The position numbers and the translations under genes are program-made. A stretch of DNA of 64,000 bases, from NCBI GenBank assembly GCA_019352035.1, contig JABBNZ010000009.1, forward strand, positions 3,989-67,988. Direction: 5' to 3'. The stretch comes from Pseudomonadota bacterium (GTDB lineage: Bacteria > Pseudomonadota > Gammaproteobacteria > Steroidobacterales > Steroidobacteraceae). Positions 27,938 through 38,449 of the stretch are shown one piece after another (position 1 is the first letter of the stretch; each line of letters starts with the position of its first letter). A model generated the notes under the pieces. The model ran no database searches and was not told where the DNA came from. It was given only the letters and a program-made list of their open reading frames with translations.

Positions 27938-28278
27938 TTACGCGTTCTCCTGCCAAAAGGCCCGCTCCGGGTAGCAGATGCTCCCGCGCAAGCGATGAAG
28001 ACCAAGATGCTCGAAGTACTGCGAGTCCGGCCGCTGGATTCGCCCGGGCGCAGGTGGCGTCCTTTGCGCGCGAGGCGCAAGGAGCGTAACCGGCGTATCA
28101 CGTACTCATCCAGACTGACGAACTGACGAGCGGCATTTCCTGTGCGGAAGTAGTTACCCCACCCCCGCAGCACGGGGTTCAGATCTGCGATGACTTTGCG
28201 CAGGTCCGCATGACATCGGGATCGCGGGGTCCGCTCCCGTACCCCCTGCCGGACTTCCCGCGGCGCCGCGGTCGCTCC
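27938..28278 (-). pseudogene. Group II intron reverse transcriptase/maturase, C-terminal fragment, frameshifted
   Basis: The X/maturase domain is in frame from 28278. After ...RKGRHLRPGES (about 28030-28045) the family-like tail YFEHLGLHRLRGSICYPERA continues only in another frame, with a stop at 27938-27940. No RT fingers/palm region is present upstream. Confidence 0.8.
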
Positions 28279-28429
28279 TCACCCGCCTCATGCTTACCGG
28301 GGTGGGACTTGCACCCACCGAGAAGGCGCAGGGAGCCATCAGCACCTCCGCCCAGTGGCGGCATCAGCCCTCATCGCGTCACGACGCACCATCGGCCCAT
28401 TATATCGGGCGCGCGGCCGTGCCCGGCGA

Positions 28430-29314
28430 TCACCTCCCGGCGCGCCGCATTGCGGCCCGGCCGAGCACCACGCCGAATTCCATCTCGCCCTCTCCGCGCC
28501 CGAGCGCCTCGAGCATGGAGTCGCGGATCACGCTCCCCACCGGCATCGGTGTCGTTGCCGCCTCGGCCGCCGCCAGCGCGAGGCGCACGTCCTTCAGACC
28601 CAGGCGCGCCTTGAAGCCCGCCGGCTCGAAGCGCCCCTCGGCGATGAGGCGTCCGTAGCCCTGATACACCGGACCGGGGAAAAGGCTCTGCCCGATGAGC
28701 TCGAAGAGGTCCCGCGGCTCGATGCCGTAGCCTGCGGTGAGCGCGGCGGCCTCGCCCATGGACTCTATCGCCGCCGCCAGCATGAAGTTGACGGCCAGCT
28801 TGACGACGTTCGCCTGGGAGGCCCGATCGCCGCAACGCCAGACCTTCTGTCCGACAGTTCCCTCGAGCAACGGCTGCACGGTCTCGGCGGCCTGGCGCGG
28901 GCCGGCCAGGACGACGGTCAGCTTGCCCGCGGCGGCGGCGTCCGGGCGGCCTAGGACCGGAGCAGCGAGATAACCCACTCCGCGCTCGCGGTGGTGCTCG
29001 GCGAGCTCGTCGGCGAGGGCCACCGAGATCGTGGCCATGTTGACATGAATCCGGGTTGCGGCGGGCGTGGCCCGCGCCAGCACGCCGCTGTCGACCAACA
29101 CGGCGCGAGTCACCTGATCATCGCTCAGCATCGAGAATACGACATCGCCCCGGAACGCCTCCTCGGCAGTGGCGGCGACCTGCGCTCCGCGCTCAGCGAG
29201 CCGCCGCGCCGGCTCCGGCGAGCGGTTCCAGACACGCAGCGTATGCCCCGCTTCGAGCAGGCGGCCCGCGACGGCGCTGCCCATGTTGCCTAGCCCGATG
29301 AAGCCGATGTTCAT
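28430..29314 (-). CDS. NAD(P)-dependent 3-hydroxyisobutyrate/6-phosphogluconate dehydrogenase-family oxidoreductase
   Basis: Contains MNIGFIGLGNMGSAVAGRLLEAGHTLRVWNRS and is HIBADH-like over its full length. The start is at ATG 29314. Confidence 0.85.
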   Translation of the reverse strand: MNIGFIGLGNMGSAVAGRLLEAGHTLRVWNRSPEPARRLAERGAQVAATAEEAFRGDVVFSMLSDDQVTRAVLVDSGVLARATPAATRIHVNMATISVALADELAEHHRERGVGYLAAPVLGRPDAAAAGKLTVVLAGPRQAAETVQPLLEGTVGQKVWRCGDRASQANVVKLAVNFMLAAAIESMGEAAALTAGYGIEPRDLFELIGQSLFPGPVYQGYGRLIAEGRFEPAGFKARLGLKDVRLALAAAEAATTPMPVGSVIRDSMLEALGRGEGEMEFGVVLGRAAMRRAGR

Positions 29315-29454
29315 GACGGCAGTCCTTGATCCTGCGGGGGGAGGGGGAAGCAATGGAGAATACGGCCCGCAAGGCCGTGAAGCCAGCGCCACCGTGAGCG
29401 CGGTGCGATGGAGCCGATCGCGGCGGTGGGCGCCACCGCGACCGGCCCGAGGCG

Positions 29455-29631
29455 TCAGTTCAGCTTCCCGTGCCCCTGCCGTCCGGGCGGCAAAATCATT
29501 CCGACCATGGACTCCTCGCCCTCATTCCAGGCATCGAGTCGTACGCGCTGCAGGAAATCATCCAGCGCCATCCACTGCCAGCCTTCCCAGACTCCCTGTT
29601 CCACTCGCAACAGAATCATTTGACGATTCAT
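29455..29631 (-). CDS. Hypothetical 58-aa protein (not in the ORF track)
   Basis: A perfect GGAGG lies 6 nt upstream of the ATG. The sequence is MNRQMILLRVEQGVWEGWQWMALDDFLQRVRLDAWNEGEESMVGMILPPGRQGHGKLN. I recognise no family. Confidence 0.5.
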   Translation of the reverse strand: MNRQMILLRVEQGVWEGWQWMALDDFLQRVRLDAWNEGEESMVGMILPPGRQGHGKLN

Positions 29632-29866
29632 ACGAGCCTCCTACAACCCGCAGATGATCAAAAGGCCGGCGGGACGAATGTCCCGCCGGCTGGAGTGCCA
29701 ACGCGCCGCGGGTTGATGAGGGCACGCTGGTCGGGGGAGAGGTTTTGCGGTTGATGGGCCTGGCAAGCAGGTACCGATCGCCCAGCCACGCGATGGCCTT
29801 GGCCCTCGCGGCGCTGTAGTCCACGACGTGCGGCTGCCGCCGCTCGGCCTTGCTTGTCTGCTGCAT
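29558..29866 (-). CDS. Hypothetical small protein (MQQTSKAERRQPHVVDYSAARAKAIAWLGDRYLLARPINRK...); 3' end uncertain
   Basis: GGAGAG lies upstream of ATG 29866. The first 40 or so residues look protein-like. The rest is low complexity, runs through a terminator hairpin, and overlaps the next ORF by 74 nt. Confidence 0.3.
   Translation of the reverse strand: MQQTSKAERRQPHVVDYSAARAKAIAWLGDRYLLARPINRKTSPPTSVPSSTRGALALQPAGHSSRRPFDHLRVVGGSYESSNDSVASGTGSLGRLAVDGAG
29660..29690 (-). terminator. Rho-independent terminator
   Basis: On the minus strand GCCGGCGGGAC-AUUC-GUCCCGCCGGC forms a perfect 11-bp stem, followed by CUUUUGAUC. Confidence 0.7.
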
Positions 29867-30107
29867 GATGCGCTCTCCGCAGTGAATGGACGCTTGGCAT
29901 CCTGTCCTGGTTCCTATGATCGGGCCGGCCAGCGCGAACTCAACCGCCGACATCTCCCCCCAAAGGGGGGGAACCGGCACTCCCGGTCGGGTGGTTTTCC
30001 AGCAGCATCAATGACTTATGTCATACGCGGCTGGCCGGATCGGCTTTCAGCCGTGTCAACCCGGGCCGCGGGCCGTCAGAGCAGGCTGACAGGCGAAGCA
30101 GCGGCGC

Positions 30108-30551
30108 TCAACGCGAATAGCCTCTGCGTTCGTGCAGATTTGGCATGGCAGCGCCCTCGGGCGCCGCGCGCCGGTCGAAAGCTTCGCGTGCGGCATCGAT
30201 CTCGGGGAGGTGACTGCGCACCCACTGGCCGAGCGCGCTCACTGGAGAATGCAACGACTGCCCGAGCGGCGTGAGTTCGTACTCGACCCGCGGCGGCACG
30301 ACCGGGAAGACCGTGCGCTTGACCAGGCCGTCGCGCTCGAGACCCCGCAGCGACAATGTCAGCATCCTCTGCGACACCCCTCCGATCGCGCGCTTGAGCT
30401 CAGAGAAGCGGCGCGGCTTCTCGGCCAGCATGATGATGATGAGGACGCTCCACTTCTCCCCCACCCGCGCCAACACCTGGCTGATCTTCGGGCATTCCTC
30501 ACTCGGCACGTGCCGGGGCGCGGCGGTTACACCCGTTTTACTCGGTCGCAT
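30108..30551 (-). CDS. HxlR-family transcriptional regulator
   Basis: Contains CPKISQVLARVGEKWSVLIIIML...PRRFSELKRAIGGVSQRMLTLSLRGLERDGLV...PPRVEYELTPLG. The start is ambiguous: ATG 30551, ATG 30575 or GTG 30584. Confidence 0.85.
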   Translation of the reverse strand: MRPSKTGVTAAPRHVPSEECPKISQVLARVGEKWSVLIIIMLAEKPRRFSELKRAIGGVSQRMLTLSLRGLERDGLVKRTVFPVVPPRVEYELTPLGQSLHSPVSALGQWVRSHLPEIDAAREAFDRRAAPEGAAMPNLHERRGYSR

Positions 30552-30634
30552 GCGTGTGCCTTCTTGTATCGGCATGGGGAGCACTCACATAATTAGCCTC
30601 AGTATTTATTTTATACCAGCCTCCGGAGACCCGC

Positions 30635-31246
30635 ATGAAACTCCTGCACGTCGATGCCAGCATTCTCGGAGAGAGCTCCGTCAGCCGCCAGCTGAGCGCC
30701 GCGGTCGTGGGGCGGCTGCGCCAGGCGCACCCCGGGATCGCGGTGACCCATTACGACCTCGGCGCCGAGCCGATCGGCCACCTGACGGGAGCGCATCTCA
30801 CCGCCGCCCAAGGGGGCCTGGCGCCTGGAAATACGGCCTTGCAGCAGGACGTGGCGCGGGGACTGCAGGCCCTGGAAGACTTCCTGGCAGCCGACATCGT
30901 CGTGGTCGGGGCGCCCATGTACAACTTCTCGGTGTCGTCGCAGCTCAAGGCTTGGATCGACCGGCTGGCGGTCGCGGGCAAGACCTTCCGCTACACTGAG
31001 AAAGGGCCCCAGGGTCTTGCCGGCGGCAAGAAGGTGATCGTCGCCTCTTCGCGCGGCGGCTTCTACGGACCGGACACGCCCGCGGCATCGCTCGATCACC
31101 AGGAGAGGTACCTGATCGGCATCTTCGGCTTCTTCGGCATCACCGACATCACGTTCGTCCGTGCCGAGGGCCTCAACATCAGCGCCGATCATCGCACGAC
31201 ATCGATCGCCGCAGCCACGGCCGAAGCCGCGGGGCTCGCCGCGTGA
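30635..31246 (+). CDS. azoR: FMN-dependent NADH-azoreductase
   Basis: Contains [20 protein letters not shown]...[17 protein letters not shown]. It is divergent from the HxlR gene. Confidence 0.88.
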   Translation: MKLLHVDASILGESSVSRQLSAAVVGRLRQAHPGIAVTHYDLGAEPIGHLTGAHLTAAQGGLAPGNTALQQDVARGLQALEDFLAADIVVVGAPMYNFSVSSQLKAWIDRLAVAGKTFRYTEKGPQGLAGGKKVIVASSRGGFYGPDTPAASLDHQERYLIGIFGFFGITDITFVRAEGLNISADHRTTSIAAATAEAAGLAA

Positions 31247-31283
31247 TCCCCTCGAAGCCGCCGCTCGGCGGCGGGAGAATCGA

Positions 31284-32225
31284 ATGAGTACGCAATCCGA
31301 ACGCAACGTGTCGCGCGTGGTACGCGGCATGCCGACTTCCGACGGCGCCGGCGTCAGGCTGACGCGCGTGATCGGTCAGCCCCGGCTGCCGGATCTCGAT
31401 CCGTTCCTGATGCTCGATGAGTTCGGGACGGACAACCCCGGCGACTACATCGCGGGGTTCCCCGATCATCCTCACCGGGGATTCGAGACGGTCACCTACA
31501 TGCTCGACGGCAGGATGCGCCATCGCGACAATCACGGACACGAGGGCGTCCTCGTGCCGGGCAGCGTCCAATGGATGACGGCGGGGCGCGGCATCGTGCA
31601 TTCGGAGATGCCGGAGCAGCAGGAAGGCCGCATGCGCGGCTTTCAGCTCTGGATCAACCTGCCCGCGCGCGAGAAGATGACGGCGCCGAAGTACCAGGAG
31701 TTCGAGCCGCAGCGGATTCCGGCCGTGGATATCGGGGATGGAGCGCGCGTGAAGGTGATCGCCGGGCGAGTGGCGGGCGTCACGGGCCCGATCGTGCAAG
31801 CGGCGACCGATCCGACGTATCTGGACGTGGAGCTCGCACCGGGAGCGACGCTGTCGCAGCCGCTCACCCGCGGCTACTCGGCATTCCTCTATGTCTACGA
31901 GGGGACGGTGCGGGTCGGCACCGGCGAGTCCGCCGCGACCGTCGCCGCTCACGAGCTCGCCGTGTTGACCGATGGCGATTCGGTGCGGCTGGAGGGCCGC
32001 GAGCCGCCGCGCGACGGCGCCTTCACACAATCGCCAGGAGCGATTTTGGACGGCGCGCTGCGCCGGGCCGGGAGGGCCGAGACCCAGGATGGGCCGGGCA
32101 ATCGGGCGATTCTGCTCGCCGGCCGCCCGCTGCGGGAGCCCGTGGCCAAACACGGACCTTTCGTGATGAGCACACGCGAGGAGCTGATCCAGGCCTTCGA
32201 GGACTACCAGAGCGGGAGGTTTTAG
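31284..32225 (+). CDS. Pirin family protein
   Basis: Contains FPDHPHRGFETVTYMLDG..HRD..G and a pirin C-terminal domain. GGGAG lies upstream of ATG 31284. Confidence 0.9.
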   Translation: MSTQSERNVSRVVRGMPTSDGAGVRLTRVIGQPRLPDLDPFLMLDEFGTDNPGDYIAGFPDHPHRGFETVTYMLDGRMRHRDNHGHEGVLVPGSVQWMTAGRGIVHSEMPEQQEGRMRGFQLWINLPAREKMTAPKYQEFEPQRIPAVDIGDGARVKVIAGRVAGVTGPIVQAATDPTYLDVELAPGATLSQPLTRGYSAFLYVYEGTVRVGTGESAATVAAHELAVLTDGDSVRLEGREPPRDGAFTQSPGAILDGALRRAGRAETQDGPGNRAILLAGRPLREPVAKHGPFVMSTREELIQAFEDYQSGRF

Positions 32226-35200
32226 TCGGCGACGGCGGGCATCGCCGGCCCGGCGAGCCCCTGCCGCTGCTTCTCGTGATCGGCCGCCAGCAGGAGATAG
32301 ACGGCCGGCACGATGAAGAGCGTGAAGATCGTGCCGATGGAAAGGCCCGTGAAGATCACGATGCCCATCGCTCGCCGCCCGGCCGCACCGGCGCCCGTCG
32401 CGATGACGAGCGGCACGACGCCGAGCACCATCGCCGCCGTGGTCATCAGGATCGGCCGCAGCCGCACGGCCGCCGCCTCCACGATCGCGGCCCGCTTCGG
32501 CTTGCCGGCCCGCTGCTCGTCGTTGGCGAACTGCACCATCAGGATGCCGTGCTTGCTGATGAGGCCGAGCAGGGTGACGAGGCCCACCTGGGTGTAGATG
32601 TTGATCGAGGTGAGGCCGACGTTGATGAACAGCAGCGCCCCGAACAACGCCGCCGGCACCGACACCAGGATCACCACCGGATCGCGGAAGCTCTCGAAGA
32701 GCGCCGCCAGGGCGAGGTAGACGATGATGAGCGCGAACCCGAACGTGTAAAGGAATTCGTTGGAGCCCTGCATGAATTGCCGGGATTCGCCGGAATACTC
32801 GGCCGTGTAGCCGCTCGGAGCCACCTGCTCGAGCGTCTTGCTGAGGAAGGCGAGCGCCGCGCCCTGGGACACGGCCGGAGCCCCCGCGATGGTCGCGGAG
32901 TTCAGCTGCTGGAAGTGGTTGATCGACTCCGGCACGGTCTGGCGCTTCAGGTGCGCGATGGTGCCGAGCTGCACCAGCTGCCCGTTGGCGGCGCGCAGAT
33001 AGAGCTGCAGCACCTGGTGCGGATTCAGCCGGTACTTCTGCAGCACCTGCGGGATGACCTGGTAGGAGCGCCCGTCGATCGTGAAGTAGTTGACGTAGCC
33101 GCCGCCCATCGCGGCGCCGAGAACCGAGGCGACCTGCTGGTTGGTGAGGCCGAGATCGGCCACCATGTCATGGTTGACCTCGATCGTCTGCTGCGGCTCG
33201 TCGATCTTCAGGTCGCCATCCACGAACCAGAAGAGCCCGCTCGCCTTGGCGCGGCTGAGGACCTGCTGCTCCACCCGGTAGAGGTTCTGGATGGGCTCGC
33301 TCGTGGTGATCACGAACTGCACCGGCAACCCCTGCGCTCCGGGCAGCGGCGGGAACTGGAATGCCGCCACTTCCGCACCCGCGATGCTGTTCCACTTCTT
33401 CTGCAGTACCTGCTGCAGCTGGTCGGCCGAGCGGCTGCGCTCGCTCCAGGGCTTGAAGAGGATGCCGCCGAGTCCTTGCGATACCGACGGCGCGCCGACG
33501 ATCTGGAACGCACCGCGATATTCCGGCAGTGTCTTCGCGGCATCCAGCGCCTGCCGGGAATAGGTCTCCATCTGCGTGATGGTCGCATCCGGCGGTCCGA
33601 TGAGCTGATAGGCCACGAAGCCCTGGTCCTCCTGCGGGGCGAGCTCGGACGAGGAGGTCATGAAGAGATAGGGCAACGCGGCGAGGAGCAGGACCAAGAG
33701 CACGATGATCACCGGCCAGGTCTCGAGCCAGCTCGAGAGCGTCCGCTGATAGCCCGATCTCAGGCGCGCGAACCAGCGATCGACCAAGCGGACGAACCGG
33801 TTCTCCTCCTGCTCGGGTCGGAAGATACGCGAGCACATCATGGGCGAGAGCGTCAGCGCGACGATCGCCGACACGGTGATGGCCCCGACGAGTGTGAAGG
33901 CGAACTGGGTGAAGAGCGCCCCGGTCAGGCCGGCCTGGAAAGCGATCGGCGCATAGGCGGCCACCAGCACCACGGTCATGGCGATGATCGGACCGCCGAG
34001 CTCGCGCGCGCCCGCGATCGCCGCCGCGAACGGCGTCACGCCTTCCTTCATGTGCCTGTCGACGTTCTCGACGACGATGATCGCATCGTCGACCACCAAT
34101 CCGATCGCCAGCACCAGCGCGAGGAGCGTCAGCAGGTTGATGGAATACCCGAGCATCAGCATGATGACGAACGCGCCCACCAGCGAGAGCGGCATGGCGA
34201 TCGCCGGGACGGCGGCGGCCCGGGGACTGCCGAGGAAGAGAAAGATGACCGCGGTGACGATCAGCAGCGCTTCCACCAGCGTCTTGATGACATCGCTGAT
34301 CGAGGCGTTGATGAATGAGCTGGCGTCGAAGGCGATGGCCTGCGAGATGCCCTGCGGAAGCTGTCGCGCGATCCCCGGCAGGGCTGCTCTGACGGCACGC
34401 GCAACCGTGAGCACGTTTGCGGTCGGTGACGACTTGATGCCTATGAAGACGCCATGAAGGCCGCTATAGGAGACGCTGGAATTGTAATTCTGGGCGCCGA
34501 GGACGACGGTCGCCACGTCCTCGAGCCGCACAATCGCGCCATTGGCCTGGCGGACCACGAGCCGCTTGAACGCCTCGAGCGAGTGCGGATCGGTTGACGC
34601 GGTCAGATTGACACTGACCATGTCGCCCTTGCTCTCACCCGCGGCCGAGAGATAGTTGTTGGCGGCGAGCGCCGCGTAGACGTCGCTCGCGGTGACGCCG
34701 TGCGCAGCCATCCGCTGCGGATCGAGCCAGGCGCGCAGCGCGAAGGTGCGCCCGCCCACGATCTCGGCGGTCTGCACGCCCGGGATGGAATTGAGCTTCG
34801 GCTGCACCACCCGCAGCAGGTAGTCGGTGACGTCATTCACCGGCAGCACCGTGCTCGAGTAGTTGAGGTACATGACGTCCGTGGTCTGGTTGGCCGCCAG
34901 CGAGATGACCGGCAGCTGCGACTGCGGCGGCAGCTGGTTGCGCACCGCGTTGACCTGCGCGCTGATCTCGGTGAGCGCCTTGCTCGCCGGATAGTTCATC
35001 TGCAGCGTCGCCGTGATGGTGGAGCTGCCGGCGCTCGAGACCGAGGAGAGGTAATCGATCCCCTGCGCCTGGGCGATCGCGGCCTCGAGCGGCTGCGTGA
35101 TGAAGCCGGCCACGGTCTGCGCGTCCGCGCCGTAGTAGGCGGTCGACACGGTGATGACGCCATTCTCCGTCTGCGGGAACTGTGTCACCGGCAGCTGGAA

Positions 35201-35290
35201 AATGGCGCGCAGGCCGAGCACCAGGATCAGGAGACTCACGACCGCCGACAGCACCGGCCGGCGGATGAAGAGATCGGTGAACTGCTTCAC
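32222..35290 (-). CDS. RND efflux transporter, inner-membrane permease (AcrB/MdtB family)
   Basis: 1022 aa with N-terminal MKQFTDLFIRRPVLSAVVSLLILVLG and the typical 12-TM/2-loop layout. Confidence 0.93.
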   Translation of the reverse strand: MKQFTDLFIRRPVLSAVVSLLILVLGLRAIFQLPVTQFPQTENGVITVSTAYYGADAQTVAGFITQPLEAAIAQAQGIDYLSSVSSAGSSTITATLQMNYPASKALTEISAQVNAVRNQLPPQSQLPVISLAANQTTDVMYLNYSSTVLPVNDVTDYLLRVVQPKLNSIPGVQTAEIVGGRTFALRAWLDPQRMAAHGVTASDVYAALAANNYLSAAGESKGDMVSVNLTASTDPHSLEAFKRLVVRQANGAIVRLEDVATVVLGAQNYNSSVSYSGLHGVFIGIKSSPTANVLTVARAVRAALPGIARQLPQGISQAIAFDASSFINASISDVIKTLVEALLIVTAVIFLFLGSPRAAAVPAIAMPLSLVGAFVIMLMLGYSINLLTLLALVLAIGLVVDDAIIVVENVDRHMKEGVTPFAAAIAGARELGGPIIAMTVVLVAAYAPIAFQAGLTGALFTQFAFTLVGAITVSAIVALTLSPMMCSRIFRPEQEENRFVRLVDRWFARLRSGYQRTLSSWLETWPVIIVLLVLLLAALPYLFMTSSSELAPQEDQGFVAYQLIGPPDATITQMETYSRQALDAAKTLPEYRGAFQIVGAPSVSQGLGGILFKPWSERSRSADQLQQVLQKKWNSIAGAEVAAFQFPPLPGAQGLPVQFVITTSEPIQNLYRVEQQVLSRAKASGLFWFVDGDLKIDEPQQTIEVNHDMVADLGLTNQQVASVLGAAMGGGYVNYFTIDGRSYQVIPQVLQKYRLNPHQVLQLYLRAANGQLVQLGTIAHLKRQTVPESINHFQQLNSATIAGAPAVSQGAALAFLSKTLEQVAPSGYTAEYSGESRQFMQGSNEFLYTFGFALIIVYLALAALFESFRDPVVILVSVPAALFGALLFINVGLTSINIYTQVGLVTLLGLISKHGILMVQFANDEQRAGKPKRAAIVEAAAVRLRPILMTTAAMVLGVVPLVIATGAGAAGRRAMGIVIFTGLSIGTIFTLFIVPAVYLLLAADHEKQRQGLAGPAMPAVAD

Positions 35291-35298
35291 GCCGCGCC

Positions 35299-36435
35299 TC
35301 AGTGCTCCTGCGGAGACGGATTGGGATTGTCGAGCGGCAGCACGCTGTTGTTCACGATCAGCCGCGTGCCGTTCTTGATCTTCATCTGGCCGCTGCTCAC
35401 GACGACATCGCCGGCGACGAGGCCCTTGACGACAGCCACCTGATCGCCCCGCGTCGGCCCCAGCGTCACGAATCGGAGCAGCGCCACCGGATGGCCGCCC
35501 GCTTTGGCGGGCTTGCGCACGAGATACACCGTCTCACCGTACGGGTTGTAGGTGATCGCGGTCTGCGGCAGCGTGAGATAACGCTCCTCGGCTCCCGCCT
35601 CGACGTCGGTGCGGACGAACATGCCCGGCAGGAGCTTGTGCTGCGGATTGCGGATCGTCGCCTCGGCCAGGAGGTTGCGGGTGGACGGATCGACCAGCGT
35701 ATCGATGGAAGTGATCTTGCCCGCGAAGGTAGCCCCGCGGAAGGCATCCGCCGTCACGCGGACTGTCTGGCCCACGCTGACACGAGACAGATCGTCCTGA
35801 GGGAGGCGGAAGTCGACGTAGATGGGGTCGACCGACTCCAGAGTGACGATGGGGTCGCCGGGGTTGAGGTACTGGCCGGGATTGACCGTGGTGATGCCGA
35901 GACGGCCGCTGAACGGCGCCCGGATGGTCTTCTTCGCCACCAGGGCGGCCTGCGCCGCCTCCTGGTCGCGGGCGCTCTTCAAATTGGCCTCATCGGTGTC
36001 GAGCTGCGCCCGGCCGATCGCCTGCGCCTGGTACTGGATGAGATCGCGGTGATAGGTCAGCGCGGAGAGATTGGCCGCTGCACGCAACGCCTTGAGCTGC
36101 GCGATATCGGGATCGGCATTGAGTTGCACCAGCGTCTGCCCGCTTCGCGCGTCCGCGCCGGACTGGAAGTCCACCGCGCGCACGAGGCCCGCCACTTCGG
36201 TAGTGACCTCGACGCCGTGAACGGCCCGCAGGCTCCCCACCGCGCGAATTTCAGGCTGCCATTGCGAGTATTCGGCGGTGGCCGTGCTCACGGTCTGGGG
36301 CAGTGAGGCATTCTTCACCATGGCTTTGCGGATGAAATGGGCCTTCACCACCGTGTTGAAGACCACCGCGCCACCGACGAGAAGAACCATCACGGCCAGC
36401 ACGATGGCGAGCCGACGTTTCATCACGCTCTTCAC
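35299..36435 (-). CDS. RND efflux periplasmic adaptor (membrane fusion protein)
   Basis: It has HlyD_D23-like regions and an N-terminal TM segment. GTG 36435 lies 5 nt after AGGAG. An alternative ATG is at 36423. Confidence 0.87.
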   Translation of the reverse strand: MKSVMKRRLAIVLAVMVLLVGGAVVFNTVVKAHFIRKAMVKNASLPQTVSTATAEYSQWQPEIRAVGSLRAVHGVEVTTEVAGLVRAVDFQSGADARSGQTLVQLNADPDIAQLKALRAAANLSALTYHRDLIQYQAQAIGRAQLDTDEANLKSARDQEAAQAALVAKKTIRAPFSGRLGITTVNPGQYLNPGDPIVTLESVDPIYVDFRLPQDDLSRVSVGQTVRVTADAFRGATFAGKITSIDTLVDPSTRNLLAEATIRNPQHKLLPGMFVRTDVEAGAEERYLTLPQTAITYNPYGETVYLVRKPAKAGGHPVALLRFVTLGPTRGDQVAVVKGLVAGDVVVSSGQMKIKNGTRLIVNNSVLPLDNPNPSPQEH

Positions 36436-36609
36436 AGCAACTCCTGATGACCCGGTCCCCTTCCTCCGGCGCGCCTGGGAAGGACTTCGAGCAGCCGCAC
36501 CCATGGGGCGGGCCGCGCCAGGACGTGGACCAACCGGGAAACTGCAAGAAGTGCGCTACTTTAGCAGAATGCCCGGCTGTCTCTCCTCTCTCTAAGGTAT
36601 GGTGCGCCG

Positions 36610-37385
<776 letters not shown>

Positions 37386-37389
<4 letters not shown>

Positions 37390-38189
37390 GGATGAAACCG
37401 GTGGCGGGCATCCTGCTGCGCCAGTTCTACCTGCTGCGGGGCAGTCCGGTGCGCGCGCTTCCCATGTTCGCCTGGGTGGCCATCGACATCGTGGTGTGGG
37501 GATTCATCACGCGCTACCTCAACTCGATGGCCGCGGGCCGCTTCGATTACATGCCGAGCCTCCTCGGCGCGGTCCTGATGTGGGATTTCTTCACGCGCAT
37601 CATGCAGGGGGTGAGCACGGCATTCCTCGAGGATGTCTGGGCGCGCAACTTCCTCAACCTCTTCGCCACCCCGCTCACGATCCCGGAATACATCCTCGGC
37701 CTCGTGATCACCAGCATGGGCACGAGCGCGGTGGGGCTCGCCGTGATGCTCGTGCTCGCGACGGCCGTATTCGGCCTGCCGTTCTTTTCGCTGGGAGCCC
37801 TGCTCGTTCCGTTCCTTCTCGTTCTGTTCGGCTTCGGTATCGCGCTCGGCATTCTCGCGAGCGCGCTCGTGCTGCGTCTCGGGCCGGCATCGGAATGGCT
37901 CGTATGGCCTCTCCCGGCCCTGCTCTCGCCGTTCGCCGGCGTCTTCTACCCGCTCGCGACGCTGCCGCGCTGGATGCAGGCGGTCGGACATCTCCTGCCG
38001 CCATCGTATGTGTTCGAGGGCATGAGGGCGGTGCTCGCAGGCCGGCCCCTCTCGGCGGCCAGCCTGGCTGTCGGCGGCGCCATCGCCGGGCTCGACATCC
38101 TGCTCGCGGCCTGGTTCTTCACGCGCGTCTTTCGTTACGCCATCCGCACGGGGCTCCTCGCCCGGTACAGCGCGGAGAGCTCGGCTTGA
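37386..38189 (+). CDS. ABC-2 type transporter permease
   Basis: 267 aa with six hydrophobic segments. Its start forms an ATGA overlap with the ATPase gene. Confidence 0.82.
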
Positions 38190-38449
38190 TCCCAGGCACT
38201 GATCCGCCGCCGCCGCGCGCGGCGGCGCCTGCCGGATGATGGCCGGCAGGCCTGATCCTGGCCTGCGCTCCCTTGCCGCGGTCCGGCCTGAGCCATCCCA
38301 TCGGCGGCGGCCATGGCGCCCTGCTCGACATCCTCCCGGCCGCGCGTGACGGCGGCCTTGCTCCCGATCGCCTGGCCGCCGACCCCGCGCCGCTTCCACG
38401 GCCGATCCGAGCGAGCGCCGCAAGAGCGGCGGGGCGAACCGAGGAAAGC

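Larger units (their letters stand above)
27822..28278 (-). mobile_element. 5'-truncated group II intron remnant (3' part of the maturase ORF, domain V, and a DVI-like region)
   Basis: A maturase motif (DLRKVIADLNPVLRGWGNYFRTGNAARQF) is followed by a domain V-like hairpin. The remnant sits in the 637-bp spacer between two co-oriented genes. Both boundaries are approximate. Confidence 0.8.

Noticed and set aside
28301-28319. A tRNA T-arm-like hairpin on the minus strand (GGTGGG-TGCAAGT-CCCACC), which might mark a tRNA fragment or integration site.
   Set aside because: There is no matching acceptor stem, D-arm or anticodon arm upstream, and no CCA or discriminator context. It lies within or next to the degraded group II intron remnant.
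29954-29990. A C6-AAA-G7 hairpin followed by ACCGG-CACTC-CCGGT and GGTTTT, considered as a small RNA or a plus-strand terminator.
   Set aside because: No plus-strand gene ends upstream of it. On the minus strand it lies after the HxlR gene but lacks a U-tract. The evidence is too weak to call a feature.
31571-34318. A 915-aa plus-strand ORF.
   Set aside because: It is antisense to the RND permease gene. Its composition is dominated by R, D, G, E and H runs, and it has no start context.
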